NCBI GenBank assembly: GCA_018714565.1
Contig: DVNH01000006.1
Location: forward strand, 1,277-65,276
DNA from: Candidatus Merdicola faecigallinarum
GTDB lineage: Bacteria; Bacillota; Clostridia; TANB77; CAG-508
Direction of reading: 5' to 3'
Length of the DNA: 64,000 nt
Part shown: piece by piece, positions 57,642 through 64,000 of the stretch
How positions within the stretch are numbered: position 1 is the stretch's first letter
Layout: each line of letters starts with the position of its first letter
Notes under the pieces: generated by a model
Seen by the model: only the letters and a program-made list of their open reading frames with translations
The model's database searches: none
Told to the model about the DNA's origin: nothing
Program-made: the position numbers and the translations under genes

Positions 57642-59354
57642 ATGAGCAAAAGAATGAAAGAAACAAAAGTAAATCGTAAGTGGAAGATTATTATAGGAGT
57701 AGTGATTGCCGTATTTCTTATTGCAATCATTGGTTTTATTATTTATATTGCACCAAACTATAGAAAAAGTAGTTTAGAAGGAAAAACAAATTTAATTATT
57801 AATAATAATAACGTAACAGAAAAACTAAAACATGATATTTATATGGACGAAAATAATGTAATATTCTTATCTTTTGATGATATTCAAAATTATTTTGACA
57901 AATATATCGAATATGACCAATCAAGTAAAAGATTAATTACTACATATGAAGATAAATTAGCCGTAATAATAGCTGGCGAAAATACAATGAACGTAAATGG
58001 AAAAGAAGAGAATTTAGAATCGTCTGTATTTGAAAAAGATGGAGAACTATACTTACCATTTTCAGAAATGAGTAAAAAAGTATATAATGCAGAATTAGAA
58101 TATATTCCAGAAACTAAGAAAATTGTTGTTACGTCAGATGGAAGAGAAGTAAAGGAAGTAACAGCAAATAAAAAAGTGAATTTAAAATATAAACCTACTA
58201 ATTTTTCTAGAACATTAGAAAAGATAGAGGAGTATGAAAATTTAACATATATTTCTGAATCAGAAAATTGGGTAAAAGTAAGAGTAAAAAATGGTAAAAT
58301 TGGTTATGTAAAAAGAAAAGAAGTATCTAATCCAGAAATTGTACAAGAAGCAAAAAAAGACGAAACAAGAATAGACGGAAAAGTAAATTTATTCTGGGAT
58401 TATTTTTCTATTAGTGCAGATGCACCAAATAGAAATGGAGAAAAATATGAAGGAGTAAATGTAGTCGCACCTACATTCTTTACCTTAGTAAAAGATGGAG
58501 ATGGTGAAGTTAGAGATAATGTAGGACAAGCCGGAGAAGAATATATTAAATGGGCAAAAGAAAATGGATATGAGATATGGGCTGTAGTATCCAATACAGA
58601 TGAAAGAAATATGATGGAAACAACTTCAAAAATCATGAATGATTATGAATTAAGAGAAAATTTAATTCATAATATTGTAACCTTGGCTGAAGAATATGAT
58701 ATTGATGGAATTAATATTGATTTTGAAAATATGAAAAAAGAAGATAAAGATTTATTTTCAAGATTTATTATTGAACTAACTCCTAGATTAAAACATTTAG
58801 GAAAAACTGTTTCAGTAGATGTAACTGCACCAGATGGATCGGATACATGGTCACTATGTTTTGATCGTAATGTAATTGGACATGTGGCAGATTATTTGAT
58901 TTTTATGGCATATGATCAACACGGAAACGGAACAGATGCGGGGACAACTGCTGGATACGATTGGGTTGAGCTTAATGTAAAGAAATTTTTAAACCAAGAA
59001 GGCGTAAATTTTGATAAAATTATATTAGGAATTCCTTTATATACAAGATTATGGAGAGAAAAAGATGGAGAAGTAACAAGTAGAACAGTTAGTATAAAAG
59101 ATATTTCAGAAGTATTACCAGATGATGTAACTCCAACATGGAATGAAGAGTTAAAACAATACTATGTGGAATACGAAAATAATGGACAAGTATGCAAAAT
59201 GTGGTTAGAGGAAGAAAATTCAATAAGAGAAAAAATAAAATTAGCAAACGAATATAAATTAGCAGGAATTGCATTTTGGGAAAAAGATCGTGAACCAGAG
59301 GGAGAAGAATTCTGGAGACAGGTATCAGATGAGTTACATCAAGAGAATTCGTAA
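57642..59354 (+). CDS. Glycoside hydrolase family 18 protein (YaaH/YdhD-like spore peptidoglycan hydrolase type) with an N-terminal membrane anchor
   Basis: 570 aa with a TM anchor, a copper-amine-oxidase-N-like/SH3-like N-terminal region and the GH18 catalytic motif DGINIDFE. Confidence 0.8.
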   Translation: MSKRMKETKVNRKWKIIIGVVIAVFLIAIIGFIIYIAPNYRKSSLEGKTNLIINNNNVTEKLKHDIYMDENNVIFLSFDDIQNYFDKYIEYDQSSKRLITTYEDKLAVIIAGENTMNVNGKEENLESSVFEKDGELYLPFSEMSKKVYNAELEYIPETKKIVVTSDGREVKEVTANKKVNLKYKPTNFSRTLEKIEEYENLTYISESENWVKVRVKNGKIGYVKRKEVSNPEIVQEAKKDETRIDGKVNLFWDYFSISADAPNRNGEKYEGVNVVAPTFFTLVKDGDGEVRDNVGQAGEEYIKWAKENGYEIWAVVSNTDERNMMETTSKIMNDYELRENLIHNIVTLAEEYDIDGINIDFENMKKEDKDLFSRFIIELTPRLKHLGKTVSVDVTAPDGSDTWSLCFDRNVIGHVADYLIFMAYDQHGNGTDAGTTAGYDWVELNVKKFLNQEGVNFDKIILGIPLYTRLWREKDGEVTSRTVSIKDISEVLPDDVTPTWNEELKQYYVEYENNGQVCKMWLEEENSIREKIKLANEYKLAGIAFWEKDREPEGEEFWRQVSDELHQENS

Positions 59355-59360
59355 TAAAAG

Positions 59361-59420
59361 AAACACCTTTTTCATATAAATATAAGACAAGATATATTTA
59401 TATGAAGAAGGTGTTTTTTT
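59361..59420 (+). terminator. Very long terminator hairpin after the GH18 gene
   Basis: 24-nt arms at 59361-59384 and 59393-59416, fully paired at the RNA level (one U-G). The loop is 8 nt and is followed by TTTT. Confidence 0.85.
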
Positions 59421-59433
59421 GGAAATTGGTTAC

Positions 59434-60315
59434 ATGATGGAAATTAATAAAGAAGATGGAATAAAAAAGAAAATACAGTATATGCTATTTAACATATTTA
59501 CAAAAGAGAAAGTACAAAGAATAGAAAACAAATGGATAGTAGAGATACGAAATCAGGAGAAAGGGAAGAAGATAGAAAGTTTAGATGTATTATTAAAAAA
59601 GTATAGAATAGAAACTTTAGTATTAGAAGAAAAATTAAATAAAAATCAAGAATTCAAAAATAAACTGTATTCTAAAGGTTATACGATATTAAATGGAAAA
59701 AAATTCATGAAATATGGAATCATTAAAATATTAGACTTTATTAGTAAACAAATGGAAATTCTAGTAAAGGAACAAGATGTTAGTATATTAATAAATGATA
59801 TGGGAAGGATAGAGGAATATTATATAGAAGAAATTGCAAAGATTGTAAGAAGTGTAACAATTATAACAAATCATACCAATAAATTTCGTATCGTAGAAGA
59901 AAAATTATATGACGAATTTGGAATTGTATTAAATATTAATAATAATAAAAGAAAAGGATTAGCAAAAGCAAAAGTAATTATTAATTTTGATTTTCCAGAA
60001 GAGCTTATAAAACAATATCGTATTGCAAGAAATGCGGTTATCGTAAATTTAGAGCAAAATTTAGCAATAACGAGTAAACGATTTGAAGGAATTTTAATTA
60101 ATGATTGGAAGGTAAGTTTTAAAGAAGAAAGATTGAATGATATACCAAAGAAAGGAGCGTTTAATCCAAACTATCTTTATGAAAGTGAATTAATCCAAAT
60201 TCCTTTCATTGCAAAAGTAGAAGAAAAAATGAAAAAAGACCAAATAGAAATTAATTATTTAATTGGAAAAAATGGAAAAATTTCAAAGCAAGAATTCGAA
60301 TTAGTAAAAAAATAA
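59434..60315 (+). CDS. Hypothetical protein (about 293 aa)
   Basis: A long ORF in AT-rich DNA. The TTG start in the track lies inside the preceding terminator T-run, so I prefer the ATG at 59434. There is no clear SD and I recognised no family. Confidence 0.5.
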   Translation: MMEINKEDGIKKKIQYMLFNIFTKEKVQRIENKWIVEIRNQEKGKKIESLDVLLKKYRIETLVLEEKLNKNQEFKNKLYSKGYTILNGKKFMKYGIIKILDFISKQMEILVKEQDVSILINDMGRIEEYYIEEIAKIVRSVTIITNHTNKFRIVEEKLYDEFGIVLNINNNKRKGLAKAKVIINFDFPEELIKQYRIARNAVIVNLEQNLAITSKRFEGILINDWKVSFKEERLNDIPKKGAFNPNYLYESELIQIPFIAKVEEKMKKDQIEINYLIGKNGKISKQEFELVKK

Positions 60316-60418
60316 AATTAATACTTGACAAATGTAAAATATTATCTTAATATAGGTAAGAATTAAGAAAACCTTCGTTCTGTCGAAAGGAAAATTACCA
60401 AAAGAGGAGGAATACACG

Positions 60419-60895
60419 ATGGGAGATAAGGAAATATTATTAACACAAGAAGGTTATGATAAAATTGAAAATGAATTAGAATATTTAAAAACAGAGAAAA
60501 GAGCAGAGATTGCAGAACGTATTAAAGTGGCTTTAGGATTCGGAGATTTATCAGAAAATTCTGAATATGACGAGGCCAAAAATGCACAAGCTGCAAACGA
60601 AGATAAAATATTAGAATTAGAAGCAAAATTAAGATATGCTAAAATTATTGATGAATCTGAAATTGATACTAAAACAGTTCAAATTGGAAATATCGTAAAA
60701 GTATATGATATGGAATTTGAAGAAGAAGTAGAATATACAATTGTAGGATCAACAGAAGTAAATCTTGCAGAAAATAAAATTTCAAATGAATCACCAATTG
60801 GTGCTGCTTTACTTGGAAAGAAGAAAAATGAAATTGTAACAGTAAATGCACCAGCAGGTATTATGAAATTTAAAATTTTATCAATAAAAAAATAG
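60419..60895 (+). CDS. greA: Transcription elongation factor GreA
   Basis: 158 aa with LT.EG...[17 protein letters not shown] and the C-terminal [15 protein letters not shown]. Confidence 0.95.
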   Translation: MGDKEILLTQEGYDKIENELEYLKTEKRAEIAERIKVALGFGDLSENSEYDEAKNAQAANEDKILELEAKLRYAKIIDESEIDTKTVQIGNIVKVYDMEFEEEVEYTIVGSTEVNLAENKISNESPIGAALLGKKKNEIVTVNAPAGIMKFKILSIKK

Positions 60896-61046
60896 GAGAA
60901 AAAGGGGATAAACGATGTAAAAAAGAATAGTTATCCCCTTTTTGTTTGTTTTTATTGAAAAATAAGGAAAAGTTATGGTAAAATAAATTGTATTTCAGGT
61001 ATAAATCAATCCTAAAAAGAATATACATGTATAGGGGGTTGATTTT

Positions 61047-61253
61047 ATGGAATATGCAAAAGATAAAATTTTTGATATACATTATAATGAAAAGAAAAAT
61101 ACATTAGTATTAGGAAAAGAAAGGACAAGCTTTTTTTCAAGAATTTTTAAAACACATAAATTGATAAAAATTATTATTATGCTTACTGTAATTTTAAGTA
61201 TTGCAAATATTTTATGTATTTATAATTTTTTTTCGATCTTATCGAAAATATAG
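61047..61253 (+). CDS. Hypothetical small membrane protein
   Basis: 68 aa with an SD (TAGGGGG) and a C-terminal TM helix. Confidence 0.45.
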   Translation: MEYAKDKIFDIHYNEKKNTLVLGKERTSFFSRIFKTHKLIKIIIMLTVILSIANILCIYNFFSILSKI

Positions 61254-61272
61254 TAATAAAAGGGAGAAGTAA

Positions 61273-62130
61273 ATGGAAGTAGCAAATAAATGGAAAGATT
61301 ATAAAATAATTGATATGGCAAATGGAGAAAAGTTAGAAGAGTGGGGAAATATAAGGTTAATAAGACCAGATCCTCAAATTATATGGAAACATAAAGAAAA
61401 TCCAAAAGAATGGAAAACAGCAATGGCTAGATACCAAAGAAGTAAAACAGGGGGAGGAAATTGGGAATATTATAAACAAATTCCTAAAAACTGGAAGGTA
61501 ACATATAAAAATTTAACTTTTAATATAAAGCCAATGGGATTTAAACATACTGGTCTATTTCCAGAGCAAGCGGTAAATTGGGATTGGATGATCGAAAAAA
61601 TAAGAAATAGCAAAAAAGAAATAAAGGTGCTAAATTTATTTGCATATACAGGAGGAGCAACTGTGGCTTGTTTATCAGCAGGTGCATCGGTATGCCATGT
61701 GGACAGCTCGAAAGGAATGGTTACATGGGCAAAAGAGAATGTTATTTCTTCCCACTTAGAAAAAAGACCGGTAAGATTTATTGTTGACGACGTTGTAAAA
61801 TTTGTACAAAGAGAAATTCGAAGAGGACATAAATATGATGCTATCATTATGGATCCTCCTTCTTATGGAAGAGGAGCAAATGGTGAAGTATGGCAGTTTG
61901 AAAACCAAATTAATGATTTAGTAGAATTATGTACACAAGTATTAGAAGAGAACCCTCTGTTTTTCTTAATTAATTCCTATACTACAGGAATTTCCTCAAA
62001 AGTATTAGAAAATATATTAAGAATTCAAATTCAGAAAAAGGGAAAATTTAACTCAGGAGAAATTGGTCTTCCAATGGAAAATTCAAAAATAGTATTACCA
62101 TGTGGAATTTATGGTCGTTGGGAGGCATAA
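61273..62130 (+). CDS. Class I SAM-dependent methyltransferase (RlmI/RlmK-like rRNA methyltransferase fold)
   Basis: 285 aa with FPEQ, the SAM motif LNLFAYTGG and DPPSYG. Confidence 0.75.
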   Translation: MEVANKWKDYKIIDMANGEKLEEWGNIRLIRPDPQIIWKHKENPKEWKTAMARYQRSKTGGGNWEYYKQIPKNWKVTYKNLTFNIKPMGFKHTGLFPEQAVNWDWMIEKIRNSKKEIKVLNLFAYTGGATVACLSAGASVCHVDSSKGMVTWAKENVISSHLEKRPVRFIVDDVVKFVQREIRRGHKYDAIIMDPPSYGRGANGEVWQFENQINDLVELCTQVLEENPLFFLINSYTTGISSKVLENILRIQIQKKGKFNSGEIGLPMENSKIVLPCGIYGRWEA

Positions 62131-62132
62131 AA

Positions 62133-62822
62133 ATGGAGAAATTAAAAGTAATTTACGAAGATAATCATGTAATTGTAGTAGAAAAGCCTGTTAATATTCC
62201 ATCACAGGGAGATAAAACAGGAGATGTAGATATGCTAACCATTATAAAAGAATATTTAAAAGAAAAGTATCAAAAACCAGGAGATGCCTATTTAGGATTA
62301 GTACATAGGCTAGATAGACCAACCGGTGGAGTAATGGTATTTGCCAAAACTTCAAAAGCGGCAGCAAGATTAAGCGAGCAAGTAAGGGAAAAGCAAATAC
62401 ATAAAAAATATTTATGTATTGTAGATGGAAAATTAGAAAAAGAAGAAGATCGCTGGACTGATTTTTTGCAAAAGAATGAGAAAACCAATACGAGTAAAGT
62501 AGTAAGTAAAACAGCTAAATATGCAAAAGAAGCTATTTTAGAATACAAAGTATTAAAATATGAAGAAGAGATCAATTTGTCTGTAGTAGAAGTGGATCTT
62601 TATACAGGAAGACATCATCAAATTCGTGTTCAATTTGCTTCAAGAGGACATAGTCTTTATGGAGATCAAAAATATGGAACAAGAGGAAGAGGAAAACAAT
62701 TAGCTTTATGGGCATATGAATTAAGTTTCGTTCATCCAACTACAAAAGAACAATTGGTGTTTCATTCCATACCAGAAAAAACAAAATCGTGGAAAATATT
62801 AGAAGGAATTATTGAAGATTAA
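62133..62822 (+). CDS. RluA-family pseudouridine synthase
   Basis: Start set to the ATG at 62133, after GGAGG. It has the catalytic motif HRLDRPTGGVMVFAK and HQIRVQ. Confidence 0.88.
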   Translation: MEKLKVIYEDNHVIVVEKPVNIPSQGDKTGDVDMLTIIKEYLKEKYQKPGDAYLGLVHRLDRPTGGVMVFAKTSKAAARLSEQVREKQIHKKYLCIVDGKLEKEEDRWTDFLQKNEKTNTSKVVSKTAKYAKEAILEYKVLKYEEEINLSVVEVDLYTGRHHQIRVQFASRGHSLYGDQKYGTRGRGKQLALWAYELSFVHPTTKEQLVFHSIPEKTKSWKILEGIIED

Positions 62823-63017
62823 ATTCAATAATTTCTTTTTTTGCTCCAAGCTAGAGATGTTTATAATAAATATTAAGAATAACTTTATGAAAATAGTAAA
62901 ATATTATATGAAAAAATAGAAGGCGAAATATGTCATAAAAAAAGATCAATTTGTATTTATTTTATATTTTTTATAGAAATAAAAGGTAAGATAATTTACA
63001 GAAGGAAGTTAGAGAAA

Positions 63018-63644
63018 ATGGTAGATAAAATATGTAATTGGTTAGTAAAAAAAATGCAAAAATCTATGCCAGATATTGATGAGGAAAAAGCAGAAATCAT
63101 TAATTATGGACTTCAAAATTTAATTGGAGAATTGCCGAAATTTTTTATTCTAATTATAATAGCTTATTTATTAGGGATTGGAAATCTAACAATATTATCC
63201 TTCTTCATTATATTACCCTATAGAGCAGTATCAGGAGGTTTTCATTTACATACACATTTAGGATGTATAATATGTACAACTTGTATGTATTGTGGAAATG
63301 TATTGTTAAGCCAATATATTACAATAGAACCATTTACACTTAGAATTGCTTTAGTAGGAGTGGTATGGCTATTTGGAATGTTTATGATAAAACTATATGC
63401 ACCGGCAGACACAGAAAATGTTCCAATATTAAGAAAAAAGGATAGAAAGAAAAAGCAAATTTTATCCTATATTATTTTAACAATTAGTCTTAGTCTTTCT
63501 TTAATCATAAAGGATCATATTATTTCTAATATGATTATATTCGGAATGCTAATTCAAACCATAACAATTACAAGATTTGCTTACAAAATAACGAAAAATA
63601 AATATGGTTATGAACTATATGAAAGTGGAGAATTAGTATTATAG
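63018..63644 (+). CDS. agrB: Accessory gene regulator protein B (AgrB, AgrD-processing membrane peptidase)
   Basis: 208 aa and polytopic. It has RAVSGGFHLHTHLGC, with the catalytic His and Cys spaced as in AgrB. It is followed by an agrD-like ORF. Confidence 0.85.
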   Translation: MVDKICNWLVKKMQKSMPDIDEEKAEIINYGLQNLIGELPKFFILIIIAYLLGIGNLTILSFFIILPYRAVSGGFHLHTHLGCIICTTCMYCGNVLLSQYITIEPFTLRIALVGVVWLFGMFMIKLYAPADTENVPILRKKDRKKKQILSYIILTISLSLSLIIKDHIISNMIIFGMLIQTITITRFAYKITKNKYGYELYESGELVL

Positions 63645-63721
63645 GTTTGACTAATAACAAGATTTTATACTGGCCAGAAAAATCTGTTGTTAAATAAGAA
63701 AAAAAGAAGGGAGAAGATATT

Positions 63722-63841
63722 ATGTTAAAAATGTTAGCAAAAATGGCAGAAAAATATGCAAAAGCAACAAACACAGCGTGCATTATATTTGGATTAATCC
63801 ATCAACCAAAAATGCCAAAATCTTTAATTAAAAAAGATTAA
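63722..63841 (+). CDS. agrD: AgrD autoinducing-peptide precursor (39 aa: MLKMLAKMAEKYAKATNTACIIFGLIHQPKMPKSLIKKD)
   Basis: It is not in the ORF track because it is too short. The SD (AAGGGAGAAG) lies 7 nt upstream. It has an N-terminal amphipathic helix, a single Cys in the core, and a C-terminal HQPxxPKSL tail like clostridial AgrD. Confidence 0.8.
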   Translation: MLKMLAKMAEKYAKATNTACIIFGLIHQPKMPKSLIKKD

Positions 63842-63906
63842 AAATGAATAACTCAAAATTACAGCAAACGAATCGAGTTAAAATAAAAAAATAAAAACGA
63901 CGACAT

Positions 63907-63934
63907 AAAAATAGAGCAAGAGCTCTATTTTTTT
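63907..63934 (+). terminator. Terminator after agrD
   Basis: ATAGAGC-AAGA-GCTCTAT followed by a T-run. A second hairpin at 63946-63987 probably serves a convergent gene beyond the window. Confidence 0.75.
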
Positions 63935-64000
63935 GAATAAACAAAGAACCTCACAAATGATAAAAATATTTGTGAGGTTCTTTTAATTAGATTCATAAAA

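Noticed and set aside
63568-63783. A 71-aa minus-strand ORF overlapping the agrB end and agrD
   Set aside because: It is antisense to a recognisable agrBD pair, is hydrophobic and low-complexity, and has no SD.

Overview
This is a 64-kb chromosomal segment of a very AT-rich, Gram-positive, anaerobic Firmicute. It looks Clostridia-like: it has a T-box leader, a CtsR operon, a sortase, agrBD, an [FeFe]-hydrogenase, and the sporulation-type genes ytaF, a SpoVD-like PBP and a GH18 hydrolase. Coding density is high on both strands and the content is mostly housekeeping. From left to right: a partial por/vor 2-oxoacid:ferredoxin oxidoreductase operon; cca; minD-minE-rodA-dusB; a stand-alone mazF; two tandem HD-GYP paralogs (the second frameshifted); smc; ytaF; a cation P-type ATPase; a PASTA-containing class B PBP; rsmA; sortase plus DUF951; engB; a divergent, GC-richer purA; T-box(Ser)-serS; an HD small-alarmone-hydrolase-like gene; hydC-hydB-hydA (hydA is frameshifted and reads TSCSP where TSCCP is expected); lexA; a heterodimeric ABC exporter pair; an 861-aa repeat-domain surface protein; ctsR-mcsA-mcsB-clpC with a textbook CtsR operator; a CDF transporter; ppiB; nifS; nfeD-SPFH; a GH18 hydrolase; greA; rRNA/tRNA modification enzymes; and agrB-agrD at the right edge. 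I saw no rRNA, tRNA, CRISPR array, transposase, integrase or phage structural genes. Six things are not explained by ordinary annotation. (i) A promoter-driven ~565-nt ORF-free, helix-dense region feeds into a small 4-TM protein (OLE RNA/OapA-like layout, unverified). (ii) A ~105-nt hairpin-bearing intergenic repeat family occurs at six loci, sometimes head-to-tail, with compensatory hairpin changes and TTAT junctions. (iii) A 31-bp perfect inverted repeat sits between divergent promoters. (iv) An intact MazF toxin has no room for an adjacent antitoxin gene. (v) Non-canonical [LI]PxAG sorting signals occur in a window with a single sortase. (vi) Several single-gene patches have visibly higher G+C. 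All product calls rest on motif recognition by eye; no database search, covariance model or folding program was run.
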